From positions 66,898,001-66,962,000 of the forward strand of contig OZ287752.1 of the NCBI GenBank assembly GCA_965649765.1: 64,000 nucleotides of DNA. Reading direction: 5' to 3'. Position 1 is the stretch's first letter, and every line of letters begins with the position of its first letter. Source of the stretch: Bispira polyomma (Eukaryota). A model generated the notes under the pieces. The model did no database searches and was not told the DNA's origin. It saw only the letters and a program-made list of their open reading frames with translations. The position numbers and the translations under genes are program-made. Shown piece after piece: positions 50,504-63,451 of this stretch.

Positions 50504-53500
50504 AATATGGGGTCTCTAGTTCTACCATGATTCAACATGTGTACGACAGCCTCGTGGTCACAGAACATTTGTATCATATTATGAACCCAATATTTGCTCC
50601 ATATTTGTAGCATGACTATACACTATTTCCATGTGTCCTATGGTTATATCAGGGTGGATCTCATTACGGTATGTGGCAGCATACAATCCCAGACAGCGAG
50701 GCGTCAACATAAACCACGTGATCAGGCTTGTTTTGTTTGTGAATCATGACCACACCATAAAACTTGTTCAGAAATACATTAAACCATGCTAGGTCTTTCT
50801 GAAACTGCTTATTTAATACAACGGGTACGTGTTCTGAACTGGTACGTAATAGAGCGAGCATTCTGTTAGAAAATAACCTTGCCGGCCTGACACACTTATA
50901 AATGTATAACAGGCGACCCAATAATGTTTAAAGTTGCGGTCTAGTAGCTTTATCTTTCTTCTACATAAAACATATGCTTCTAATTTCACTCATTTTGTCG
51001 TCAGGTATTCTAAGCGTACTAGTTTATATGTTCACAAAAAACTCCATACAGGTCACTTCAACACTAGGTTCAGCTAATTTTTTAGCGTTTATGGGCAAGC
51101 ACAAATTTTCAATTAGGGATTTAGGTGTTTTTAATGCACGTTGTGCTTCAGAGACGTTTGTACTACGATTATGTCGTTGATATACGGAAAGACACATTGT
51201 ATGATGTACAAGGTTGCTGATGAGTTGCATCTGAGCAGTTCCGTGTCTGTAGCCAAATGGAATACTGAGATTCATATAGTATTCATTGTCCCAATGCAAG
51301 ACCATGGCCCCATAGTCACATGGGTCAAAACATAAATTACTGAATGCGCATTCAGTTTATATAGCAAGACTTTATCTTCACACTGAGCTATATGGTCGAT
51401 AATATTATCCACAGATGGATATGTTAAAGTGAAGCCATAATCGTCATATATGTCTGGTCATTACTATTGACTGAGTTATCTGCTGGGTATGATAAATTTA
51501 CTATGATTCGACGGGTATCGCCTAGTTGGGGTTTTGACGATAAAGGTGATATATATAATGGCTTGACAGGTGCAGTATTATATGGCTCAGCAATAGAGTT
51601 GTGAAGCGTTTCAGTTTTGACATAAGTGTCACATCGTGAGGAAACCTATGCGCAGACAAATGATTGTCAGTGGTCACTATAAATTTAAAGGTGTCAATAC
51701 AAAGCAGAGATCCAAATCTAATAGAACTGAATAGTGATACTGTTCAGTTAATTGATACCATAATTTAAGGTTGAGTCTTGTATTAACTAAAATACGTGCC
51801 CCCTTATAGTTACTGGTTTTCTATTTCCTGACTAATTGGTGTGCTTTCACAGCCCATTCGTTAAGAGAATTAGCTTGCAAATGTTGTGAGAAATCTTGCA
51901 GTTTAAACCTAGTGACACCATTCCTAATAAAGCTAAAGCCCTGCAGTCTAAGCTGCCTAGATATATGTTGAGTGTTACTCAAATAACTAGAATCATGTGC
52001 CATATAATTATACTCCAACTGTTTTGGCTGGTCACGTGTAGAATCAGTTATTTGATTTATACTAGCTATTTGTCTACTGTCTGGTTCAGCAGGGCTCGGG
52101 TTCATAGGTACAGCAGCACTGACAGTACTTGCAATGTGTAATTCATTATCAGTTTTACCTACATCAAATTAAGGGTCAGAAACAAAGTATCCGTTGTTAC
52201 TAACAGTATTATCGTCCAACTGTTGCTGATTCTCCCCCTCTCTAATCACATTTACATAATTTACAGTATTTACAAACTTGTCCTCTTTCTTAAATGGCTT
52301 AAACACTCTAGTACAAATGGCAGGGGTATGAGCACTGTTTGATTTTTTTAATATGACGTACATCATTGGGGATATATGGAATATTTGCCCTCGTTTTGGA
52401 AAACTCGGGATTGGATATATATTTAGTATGGACTATTTTTGGCAACATTTTCTAATTTGAATTTGTTTTGGGTAGATTGTTCTCTGGGTGTACCAAGAGC
52501 GAAGCTGATTGAATTGACGGGAATCCCCATCACAAACGACCTCTTTCCATTTCAAAGAGTAGTATTTTATGTGCTGATTTAGCGATGGACCAGTTTGTTT
52601 CCTGGGCAGCCTGAAATAGTTGCTGGGCATATGTTAACATATTGTTTCTGATTTTTGAATCTTTTTGGTCTAGAAGACACCCAATAAATCCCTAACAAAA
52701 CTGCATTGTTGACAAATCGTCATATGCAGGACTTGACTAAAACAAAATTCATGAGGCCAATCGACCTCGATCTTAACGTTTGTGTCCCCCTGTGTATGGA
52801 GACCTGACTTAATTATTTTACCTGGAGTCTTGAACTGCACTGGATTGCCCGGTTGTCTATCAGGAAGCTCATGGATGACACTACCAAATCAGCCGGCACA
52901 TTATGGAGCATCATCTCGTGGTCCCAGCTGTGGTGTGATAGAGGACAATAAATAGCTTTGGGGGAGAAGTGGGAAGGTTGGGAATGGGAGGATGTCTGAG
53001 TCATTGCTGTTTGCCCCTCTTCCTGTCAGCCTTCACCTCGCTAATGTCTGCATCCAACTTCTTCAGGTGCTGGGGAATGGCTGCCAAAGCATCAGATTGT
53101 GGTGGTGGACCAGTGGCTCCTGCATCTTCTTGGTCCTCCTCAGATTTTAGGTCATATGATTTCTGTCCCAGCTGAACTTCAGAATCGTTAGACACATGTG
53201 TGGAATCTTCATCAATCCTGTCTGCTGTATTATGGCTAGCAGTAAGAGTACAATGCCGACCCACAGGTCTAATGTGTTTTGGAAATGATCTTTCAGCCTA
53301 AAATCTTTGTCTCCGATGTCAAATCTACTGACAAATGAATTGCCCCATCAATTCACAAGTACATATAGCAAACCCTGAATTGGGCCCCAATGTTTTTTAC
53401 ACAATTACTCATGTCCTGATAGGTTAGCAATTATCTAAATGTGGTGCTATCCTCACTGATAGGTGCATGCTAGGTCTGGCGAAACAGCTCAAGGCATGAT

Positions 53501-53844
53501 GATATTTAGAAATCCCAACAGTACCCCATTCCCTATATCATTTCAAGTAGAGCGTCTGCCCTTACCATGAAAAAAATAAGGACAAGTACAATTAGTTTAC
53601 TCTACCTTTCTAGGTGAATTTGTCACGTACACATATTATTACAGGTAAACTTGATCCTAGTTCAGTAATATACGTGACTATGTCACACCAAGACACACAA
53701 CCCACTTTTACATAAAAAGCAACATATGTATACAACAATTACAATAACTATAAACATACAACCGACATCAGTCCAATCATTATGGACTTTCTTTATATGA
53801 CTAAACTTTATTACGTCTCAATAAGGCATTATCTTATTTTTTAA

Positions 53845-55877
53845 CCCTACCCCTAGAACACCCAGGTTCTACACTCTACCAAAAATCCAAAAATGAAAAA
53901 GCCCACCCCCTGGTAGACCCATAGTGTCGGCAAACAATAGTCCAACAGAAAAAAATCTTTTCTTTCGTTGACTTTTTCATGAATCCAACCATACCATTCA
54001 TGAAATCCTATGTGAAGGATACCACCCATTTCCTTCAAAAAATTAAAAACATACACCCACTGCCTAAGGAAAGTTATCTTGTAACCTTGGATGTCACTCC
54101 CCTATACACAAACATCCTAAATAAGGAGGGCATCAGAGCGGCAGCAAAAACATTTGCCAAATACCGCCCAGGGGCCCAACACCCTACCAACCAGTCTATG
54201 GTACAGCTACTAGAACTAGTCCTAACAAAAAACAATTTTGAATTCAATGGACAGCATTATCTACAAATAGCAGGTACTGCCATGGGAACCAAGGTAGCGC
54301 CCTCACATGCCAACAACTTTATGGGTAATTTTGAGGAAGACAGTGTATACACATATCCAAACCAACCACTCATTTGATGACATCTTTATTGTCTGGACTG
54401 AAGGAATAGAATGCCTAGATGACTTCATTGTACATCTTAACTCTTGCCACCAAACAATTAAATTCAAATCTGAAATATCTCAAATATCAGTGAACTTTCT
54501 AGACACCACGATCAGCCTCAACTCTCAGGGCTCCATAAATGTAGACCTGTACAGCAAACCTACTGACTCACATAACTACTTACTGTACACCTCGTCACAT
54601 CCCCAACACTGCAAAACAAGTCTACTCTATAGCCAATTTCTAAGGGTTAGACGCATATGCTCCTCCATAGATAACTATGACAAACACTGCGTCAATCTAG
54701 CCCGTCATTTCCTTAGAAGGTGCTACCCCCAAGAACTCATTGAAGATGCCTGTCTACAGGCTAGGAGAAAGGACAGAGACATCCTACTTACACCTGCTCC
54801 TAAGGAAATAACACCAACAGATAAAAACCTATATTTTATTACCACACACCAACCAGATTTTAGCGGATCAAAAGAAATCATAACCAAAATTTAGGATTTC
54901 TTAACAAGGTCCAATGACACTAAACATCTACATGACAAGAAAGTCACCTTCGGTTACAGGCGTAGCAAAAACCTAAAAGACATTTTAGTCAATGCTAGGA
55001 TACAATATCCACCCAGCAATAAACCACACACAATAAATCAGTTGCACATAAGAATCCCTGTACCACCAAAACCTGTAGATATTGCCCAAAACTAAACGAA
55101 TCCGGCAAAATCATGAGCACCTTCACGGGCAGTGACTACTGCAGCAAAACCCGAATTAACTGCAAAAGTGGAAATCTTATCTACTGCATCACCTGTAAGA
55201 CATATAAACTACAATATATAGGCCAAACCAAGAGAAGGCTAATGGACAGATGCCAAGGTCATTTCTACAATATCACACCAAAAAACACTAAGGATACTAT
55301 AGGCTAGCATTTTAATCTCCCAGAACACAATGCACTAGATGACATAGAAATACACATAGTTGATTTCATACATGCCCATCCTTTAAGCCCTAACGCCTTA
55401 AACATCAGAAGAACTACAAAGAGCAACTGGCAGCATAATCTCAGAACAAATGCACCACAAGGCCCCAGCATGCAGGAATAATCCAAGGGTCACCACCAGA
55501 TTTTTGCCACGTTTTAAAAAATCCTATATGTATAGATCTTTTAGATGTGCTGGTAACCCTACGTAATCTCCATACCCCTATGAGCTTGGATTTCCAGGTA
55601 CCTTAATACCCAAACCCTCCAGTCGGATTGAACCCTATGGTCAACCCCCACTGCATATCCCTCCTCACCCTTAGTATACACCACAATGATACTAGGCGAC
55701 ACTCAATCAGAGTACAAGTAGAATTGGGAAAATCAGTCCCAACCTGGTCACAAAACCTCAGTTGCAATGAACAGCCTTTCCCCATACAGGGAAAATTCTC
55801 CACTAAGGTTAGCCGATAACTGACCCTGTTCAATCAGGTAAAACACGTCTGATGAGCCTCTCTGGCGAAACCATGTA
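53845..55877 (+). mobile_element. Penelope-like element (RT plus GIY-YIG endonuclease), frameshifted
   Basis: SYVKDTTHFL, LVTLDVTPLYTNI, GTAMGTKVAPS, DDIF, NFLDTTI, LYSKPTDSHNYL, YSQFLRVRRICS; CKSGNLIYCITCK..LQYIGQTKRRL. Confidence 0.92.
55843..55877 (+). ncRNA. Hammerhead ribozyme core (incomplete) at the Penelope 3' end
   Basis: CTGATGA-GCC(TCTCT)GGC-GAAAC-CAT-GTA. No 3' arm of stem I is visible downstream. Confidence 0.6.
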
Positions 55878-56229
55878 CAAAATTCATAAAATTACCGCTC
55901 AATTTTATGATTTGGCAATAACCCTCATAAAAGACCACTGACATAGTTGTGATGTCACAACCACAATGACATCACAATACTATGACATCACAGTATGCCT
56001 AGGAACAACTGGCAAAACAACAAATTTATTCAAAAATGTTGGATACTGGATATATTGCTAAGGTTACCAGATGTACATGACCCATTCAGGTTCATAATTG
56101 CACGGTTACGAAGCCGTATACACGTACCAAAGGTTCCATAGTAACTTGTTGCCACGTTTATTAATATATATATATATCTACATGTATATAGACAACATGT
56201 AAGGAAGAACTAAAGCGAAGGACTAAACT

Positions 56230-56640
56230 AGATCTAAAATATAATACTGATTAAAAAAGTAAGTTTTCAAAAGTTTTTTTAAAACCATTTACACTTTCAG
56301 CTCTTTTTATATATACTAAAAGTCTATTCCAAAGAAGAGGAGCAGCTACAGTAAATGAACGGGTCACCATATTATTGTATGATCTGTACTTAGTCAGCCT
56401 GTGTTGTTCTTGAGTTCTTAGATAGCGTATTGGGTTGTAAGGTTTAATAAGTTCAGACAAATGTGAAGGTACTGCATTGTGTGGACAGTCATAAATATGA
56501 ACAAGTCAATTCGATGATGAATAGGTAGCCGGTGTAGTGATCTAAATATGTGAGTGGCATGATCATGATATGCAGTTTCACTAATAATCTCAGCTGCAAA
56601 GTTTTGAATTCTCTAAAGTTTCCTAATATATGACTTATTT
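56230..56640 (-). mobile_element. L2-type LINE 3' fragment
   Basis: LSELIKPYNPIRYLR...RSFTVAAPLLWNRL...FKK. Confidence 0.75.
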
Positions 56641-57103
56641 ATTGAAAAGTTTAAAAAAACACATTTGTGCTAGTTCTGTAATGAAGTTAACACTTTACAA
56701 CATTTAATTTTTAGGAGTATCATCACACTCAATGTTTATGGATGGAACTGAATCTTTGGTGTTTAATGTAAATTATGACTATACAATACCAGAGGTGTTA
56801 CATGGTATTCTTGATATTATATACTGAGCACTCGGAAAATTTCCTGATATATTCCAATTAAATGTACCTATGTTAAAGATTTGTCAACATCATATCAATA
56901 GACTTCCAATCAGTATTTGATATCTTTGTAAAATTACCATCACTTTGTGAGTTTTGTGTCTTGGATATTGCTGTATTCTCATGTGTAAGATGTTTACTTG
57001 TATGGTTTTGCAAACTTCTGCATTTAATGTTTATGCTCATGTTTCTTCACTTAATAGACAGCAAACCAAAGAATACAGCAAACAGAAAAAAGTGACAATT
57101 ACC

Positions 57104-57156
57104 ATGACGTCAGCTACTGATACCGAACAAAGCAAGTTAATGCAGAAACATTTTCA
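57104..57156 (+). CDS. First coding exon of EamA/SLC35G-like gene 2 (MTSATDTEQSKLMQKHFQ)
   Basis: ACCATG start context; upstream acceptor near 57057. Donor CA|GTAGGT at 57157 is phase 2, matching the acceptor before 60783. Homologous to 7959-7999. Confidence 0.75.
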
Positions 57157-57844
57157 GTAGGTGCAGATGTCTTCAGATTTCATTCATTGGCTTGTTTGTT
57201 TGATTTGAATATTTGATGTTATAGTAGACTATGATGTCATTTTGTGTACTTTCAAATCAAATAAATATTTTTGGGTTAACAAAATATATATAAAATAATC
57301 TAATAAGATCAAATATTGGACATATGATTCATCAATTAGTTACTAAATCATTTAGTCCACCGAATCCCGTCAATCCAATTCACAATTACCTCAATCCTAT
57401 CCTAAATTTTTCTGAGTCAAGTTTACACTTTGCTTTGTTATTTGAAGTTCAAAGAACTTTAGTTTACTTTGATTACATCCAAATTGATAATGTGTCCTTA
57501 ACAGCTTTAATAGCCACGTGTAATAGAAGAATCTTTTTTAATGTACTAAAATCTTAAACCTAAATAATAGTAAAAAAAGTATAAATACTCTTATCAGTCA
57601 GTACCAGTTAAGAGTTTTCAATATAAAATCCCACGTACAGTTAAATTCTGTGGTTATCTTTTAATGAGAAAGTCTAGGTGAATAGTTTTAAATACTGGGA
57701 TCATTTTTAAAAGAAAGCAATATTAAAGGGAAGATTGTTCGAATTTGAATTCTCAATATGATAAATGATGTTTGCAAGTCATATATAATTATTAAACATT
57801 ACAATTTATTTGATGACAGATACAGTATTGTTTATATATGTATA

Positions 57845-57882
<38 letters not shown>

Positions 57883-57887
<5 letters not shown>

Positions 57888-60508
57888 GTAATTGTAATTA
57901 GACTTTTATTGCGCTTAATCTCCCCTTAACAAAGGGGACTCTAAGGTGCACCAGCACAAAAGACAGTTATCCAATTACCAAAATCAAGGGACAGAAAAAA
58001 GGGTCAGCAACATAGAGCGCACCGGGGGATGATTGAAACTAAGGTGGATATGCTTTAGTGTACAAGTGGGTTTTAAGCTTCTTTCTAAAACAGGCTAGTG
58101 AGGGGGAAGCACGAATCACATCAGGGAGACCATTCCAAACAATGGGAGCATCAAAAGCAAAGCTGTGACCAAACTGTTTAACTGACTTTTGAGTAGATGG
58201 GTGGAACTTTGGAACAACAAGGAAATTACTACCACTCTGACTACGTCGGGTATTGTAGGAACTACTGTAAGTGGAAAGATATGGGGCAAAATACTTTGGA
58301 AACCCAGTGTGGAGAAACTTATAAACAAGTGTAGCTGTCTTAAACACTGAATGCTGTTCAACAGGGAGCCAATGCAATTTCTTCAGAACAGGAGTTATAC
58401 TAGTGTATCGACTGGTGTTTGATACAATTCTAGCTGCACTATTTTGAATGCATTGTAATTTGCGTAAATTAAACTTTGAGAGACTCCTGAAAAGTGAATT
58501 GCAATAATCCAGTCTACTACTGACAAAAGCATTGGCCACAAGTATAGAAGCATCATAAGTGAGAAACCATCTGACACGTCTAAAGTCACGGAGTTGCATA
58601 AAACAGCTTTTGCAGACACTCTGAACGTGTTTAGAGAAAGAAAAGTCAGAGTCAAACCATACACCCAGGTTCTTGACAGAATCAGCTGGACTGAAAGGGC
58701 TACCCAGGATGTCAACTGGGAACAATGCTTTCAACTTATCCCTCTGTTGTTTTGAGCCAAAGATTATGAACTCATTCTTATCGGGATTAAGTTTGAGTTT
58801 ACCAGTTGACATCCACTCTTTCACATCGTCAAGGCACCTGTTCAACTGTTCAAAGGCAGTAGATGTGTTTTTATGGGATAGGTGCACATAAATTTGGGTG
58901 TCATCTGCATAAAAATGAAACTTTATTCCTGTGTATTTGCCAATAACCAATCTAAGAGGGGAAGTGTAAAATGAGAACAACAGAGGGCCCAAAACAGAAC
59001 CTTGAGGAACACCAAACAAGAGTTTACAAAGATCGGACAGAGTAGAGCCAATTTTTATCGACTGATAACGATCAGTTAAGTAGGAAGTGAACCATTTAAG
59101 AACAGAGCCCCTAACTCCAAACCAAGTCTGAAGATAACTGAGAAGCGTGGAAGGATCAATGGTGTCAAAGGCAGCAGAGAGGTCGAGCAATACCAGGGCA
59201 GTAGGTTCCCCTCTTGACAAAGATAGGTGAACTTCATTTTTTATAGACAGGAGAGCTGTCTCAGTCGAATGACCAGTTTTATACGCAGGCTGGTATGGGT
59301 TGTCTAAGTCGTGGACAAAGATGTGATCTAACAGTTGCCTAGCAACCACACGTTCAACCAATTTTGATATGAAACTAAGACCAGATACAGGGCGATAATT
59401 CTTCAGGTCATCAACTGGAAGAGAAGCCTTCTTAATAAGAGGAGTAACCACAGCTGTTTTAAAACCATCAGGTACATGTCCCTCCGTAAGTGAGCAGTTT
59501 ACAAGCTTTGTAATGGATGGTAGTAATATATCACTACATTCTTTAATAAGAGATGTTGGCCATGGATCCAACATGCAGGATTTTGTAGGCGAGTTACTTA
59601 TTATTTTACTAACATCATCTTCAGAGACTCTGGTAAAGGCAGTAATTTCTGGGGGATCAGAAAGAGGATGAACATCAATTTTAGTTCCAGAGAAAACAAA
59701 AGTATCTCTAATTCTCTTAATTTTGTCCGAAAAAAAGGAAGCAAACTTATCAGCTAGTGATTTATCCGAATCATGGGACGGGAGTGCCACATTGGTATCC
59801 ATATTAAGGGTCTTGCGCAGTTCGTGCTACAGCTTCCTGGAGTGGTGACTGTTGTCAGAGATAAGCTTGCTGTAATACACCGACTTATCCTCGTTAACAA
59901 GTACATTGCACCGAGCAATCTGGCGATGTAGTCGACTTCTATTTAATGGATTCTTGGCCCTTTGCCAAGTTCTTTCATATTGGCGCCTGAGAGATTTTGC
60001 CCGTCGGTAAGAATCAGAGAGCCAATGCACAGAATCTTTCTTTGACATTCTGGATACAAGTGGTGCATGCTTATCTAGTACATCACCCAAGTCATGTATG
60101 TATTGTTCATAAAGTTTGGCTACAGAATTGGCAGGTGACTTAATAAAGGAAGTACTCTCAAGATCAGTACGGAGGTCAGACATGTTAATACGGTGGTACC
60201 TCCTATAATGCACTGTATTAGGTATATGAGCCACCTGTGGGGGAGAGTCAATTGAGCATTTGATTAATGCATGATCCGATATGAAATCACAGACTTTGAC
60301 ATCCACAATAGCATCCTGATCACAAGGAGATAAAATAAGGTCCAGAATGTGACCATGCAGATGGGTAGGTTGTCTAACTGACTGTTTTAAATCGCATGAA
60401 TCAAAAAAGGTCATAAATTTATGACCGTCACCAACTGGTGCATCAACATGGATGTTAAAATTACCACAGATATGATATGAACTGTTAATGGAAGACAAGA
60501 AACCAACA
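57883..60508 (-). mobile_element. Young 5'-truncated L2/CR1-group LINE in the intron of gene 2 (APE C-part plus RT; one in-frame stop at 59827-59829)
   Basis: PTHLHGHILDLI, SDH, NYRPVSGL, LDLSAAFDTI, GVPQGSVLGP, YADD. The two ORFs are in frame across a TAG. 3' end GAGATTAAGCGCAATAAAAGTC plus (ATTACA)n. Flanked by (TA)n on both sides. Confidence 0.95.
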
Positions 60509-60782
60509 ATATATATATATTCTCTTTATGTATTAAAATGTTACTTTAAACAATATATTTATACTTTGTGTATGAAAAATAAGTAAATAAAATAAAAATA
60601 AAAACAGGACTGAAACTATAGAGTAAACAAATGCAAGAGAGGCTTTTTGCCTTTGGAGTTGTGTGCTCACTCCTCAAGAGTGGTCGTGACCTTGTGTTTT
60701 TTGTAAACAGATGAACCTGTCTATAAATCATATGTTTGAAAGTGCAGAGAATATTTACAAGTGGTATTTGATTACGTTTTAG

Positions 60783-61890
60783 ATATAATGATGATCTTGC
60801 AAGAGAACTGGATGAAGACAATAACAGCAACAATGCCAAAGAAATGTTTGAAAAAGCCAGCATTAGGACCATAGTAACAGGATACTTACTATTACTCTTG
60901 GTGATGGGTATATACACAGTAGCCGTCATTTCTGCTCAGATAACGGGAGGAAAAAACAGTATGTTTGAAATTAACTTTTTCGGCTTTTGTCTGCAAACAA
61001 TCCTTTCAATCATCTTTGTGGTATTCTGGCAATTAACTCTGAGGGTAGCAAAGAAAGACCTTCATAAATTTATAATTGCTATTACCTGTAACTATTATGG
61101 GAGAACTGCCTTATTTATTGCAGCTGTCATTCTACCCGTTGGCAATATGGATGGTGTATATGGAGGTGCTTACATCTTATTTACCACTTGTGTTGACTTG
61201 TACAGAAAGCATATTTCCAAACCATCTGTTGCAGCATCCACTGTGGCATGTGTTGGACTGGTCATGTTAACACAGCTATGGAAAACAAGCGAAAATGCCA
61301 CAGTCAGAAAAATTGCACCATGTGATTATATGTACAACCATTTGCTAATGTTAGATATTAAAGACGATTATTCAAATTCTAGCAAGTTAGATACCATTTC
61401 AATGAAGGAAACTGATTGGACAGGGTTCCTAATCAGCTACGGTTTAGTTGTATCTGCAGCTCTTTCTGCTACTGTGGCAAACAACAACTACAGATCATTA
61501 CTGCAGTCGTATTCTCTTTTTAGTGTACTGTTCTGGGCTGGGATAGCTCAGTGTTTTGCATCAGCCATTCTTATGACAGGAGAGAAGTATCTCTATAATG
61601 GCCATCTATCCTTACCTACTGGAGCACTTTGCTTGGGGTTTACTATTGTGTTAATCCTTTCAGTGGCATTGCTATCACTTTTTGGTAATGTAGTGTACAG
61701 ACTATTACCAATCTCCAAAGTGGCAATCGCCACCCCAATTGCCACAGTGTCCCTGTATTGTATACAAAGAACCTTGTTTAAGGAGTTTCACCCTGGAAAC
61801 AAGAATGCTGTTGAAATAATTGGTATTGTTTTCATATGTTGTGCTGGAGTCCTTTCTCCAGTGATCGCCATTATATTTGAAACACAGTAG
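60783..61890 (+). CDS. EamA/DMT-superfamily (SLC35G-like) 10-TM transporter gene 2, main exon
   Basis: Acceptor TTACGTTTTAG ends at 60782, with an open frame (YNDDLARELDEDNNSNNAKE) into ORF 60844-61890. Colinear paralog of gene 1. AATAAA near 61972. Confidence 0.88.
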
Positions 61891-62214
61891 ACATTGTTGT
61901 ATCAGACATTATGTGACCCTTGCTGATATCCACACACAAGATTCATGGCGACATATTTTTATGTTTGATAAAATAAACTGTACAATTTGTAGTTTCTTTG
62001 GCTTATCCGTAGTTCAAAATACTTTTGCAAAAACTGAGAATTCCCGAAAATGATCAAGCAATTTGAGACTTGACATGAAACATAATGCAACAATGTTGAA
62101 GGAGTATCTAACAATGCCCTTAATTTAGATTTTAGAATTTAGTTAGGATTTTTCGCTTTTATAACAGCTTAAGTATTATTACGATGGCCTACAGGCCTAT
62201 GGCAAGGACCTGAC

Positions 62215-62310
62215 AAAGTTTCCCATATGAAGGAACATATAGGATTGGAACCCATATTGGTGAGAGGCCAGTGATTGTGAAGCAGATACTTCTAACCACT
62301 AGGCCTCTGT
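62215..62310 (-). mobile_element. Degraded SINE family A 5' fragment
   Basis: GAGAGGCCAGTGATTGTGAAGC...CTAACCACTAGGCC matches family A. Confidence 0.6.
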
Positions 62311-63451
62311 CACATCAATAAGGCCCTCAAAACAGAATGTGTAGGTTGCAGTGTTAACAATAATGCTGATCCATGTACATAACTTAATATTTTACATAAA
62401 CTAAATAAAATATATTATGTAAAGCAAAGAATAAACAATGGATTTTCGTCATCTGTGTCAGACTGCATATAAACTGCTGCAGTTGCAAATTGGCTTGTAT
62501 TGATGTGGTCCTGTCTTATATCAAAATTATCAAAACCTTCTTTCAATCCTACTTGCCTTGCAGTTGAGTACTTAGTTGTGTACTGCACGTTGCCAGGAAG
62601 TACAGCTACTTGTTTTTTTTAGAATGGATAATTTATCTATGAACCTCTGGCTGATTTCTCCACCAGCTCATCAGTCATATCTTCTTGGTGGTGGATGGAG
62701 GCATCTGGCTGTTCATCTGCCACAAAAAAAGTCTTGTATAGGTTAGGGACATTTTGAACTACATTACCAGAGTCACTGGAAGTGTCACTGTGGGGGAATT
62801 ATCACTGTGAGATGTACATTCATCAGATGAAGTGTCATCATCACAGATGGATGAGTTGTCAGAGAAAAATGAGTCAGATAACCTATCCAGTCAGAATCAT
62901 TACTTGTGTCTTGAGATGAAAGGTCATCATCAGTGTCAGTAGATGAGCCAATAATGACGTACATGGTATCACGTGGTATCACATGGTACCACAGAAGAAT
63001 AAATTAAGGGTTCACAAGCCATGGATTGAATATGTTCATCTTTCCTCAGAATCTGACATCAGCTTGCATATCTTCTTGACTTTAATTTGGTACTTATAAG
63101 CTTGAAGGGAGTTGAATATCAGGATCATCAGTTGTGACATGTCTCTTTGGTACATCAACGACTACAGAGGAATATAGCCTGGTACTCTCTACGTAAGTAG
63201 GTTTAGCTAGAAAATGAATGACTGAGGCGTTGTATTGTAAACTGCATAGCTGTTACCTAGGAGTTTAGGTTTAATGGTTCTCAACAAAATGAAATCAAAA
63301 AGAAACATCATTGTCTATATTGTATTATGTGCTAGTTAAAACCATGTAATAGCTTATAACGATACATTATGGAACCATAGATCTACAACAGATCACCAAA
63401 TTACAAATATTACACTTACATTATGTATGTATATATATAGAATCTATATAT

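Larger units (their letters stand above)
45440..53300 (-). mobile_element. Ngaro/DIRS-like YR retroelement copy 3 (degraded, all domains present), interrupted at 47441-50503
   Basis: gag IKSGL..VKIEVDWPHEFC (52.8 kb); RT YYMNLSIPFGYRHG (51.2 kb); RNase H VYVDASLSG, CDHEAVVHMLNHGRTRDPIL|LLYARSIW; YR RSKTLQ, YTFHAF, HGSWKSNASC (46.3-47.2 kb). Confidence 0.85.
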
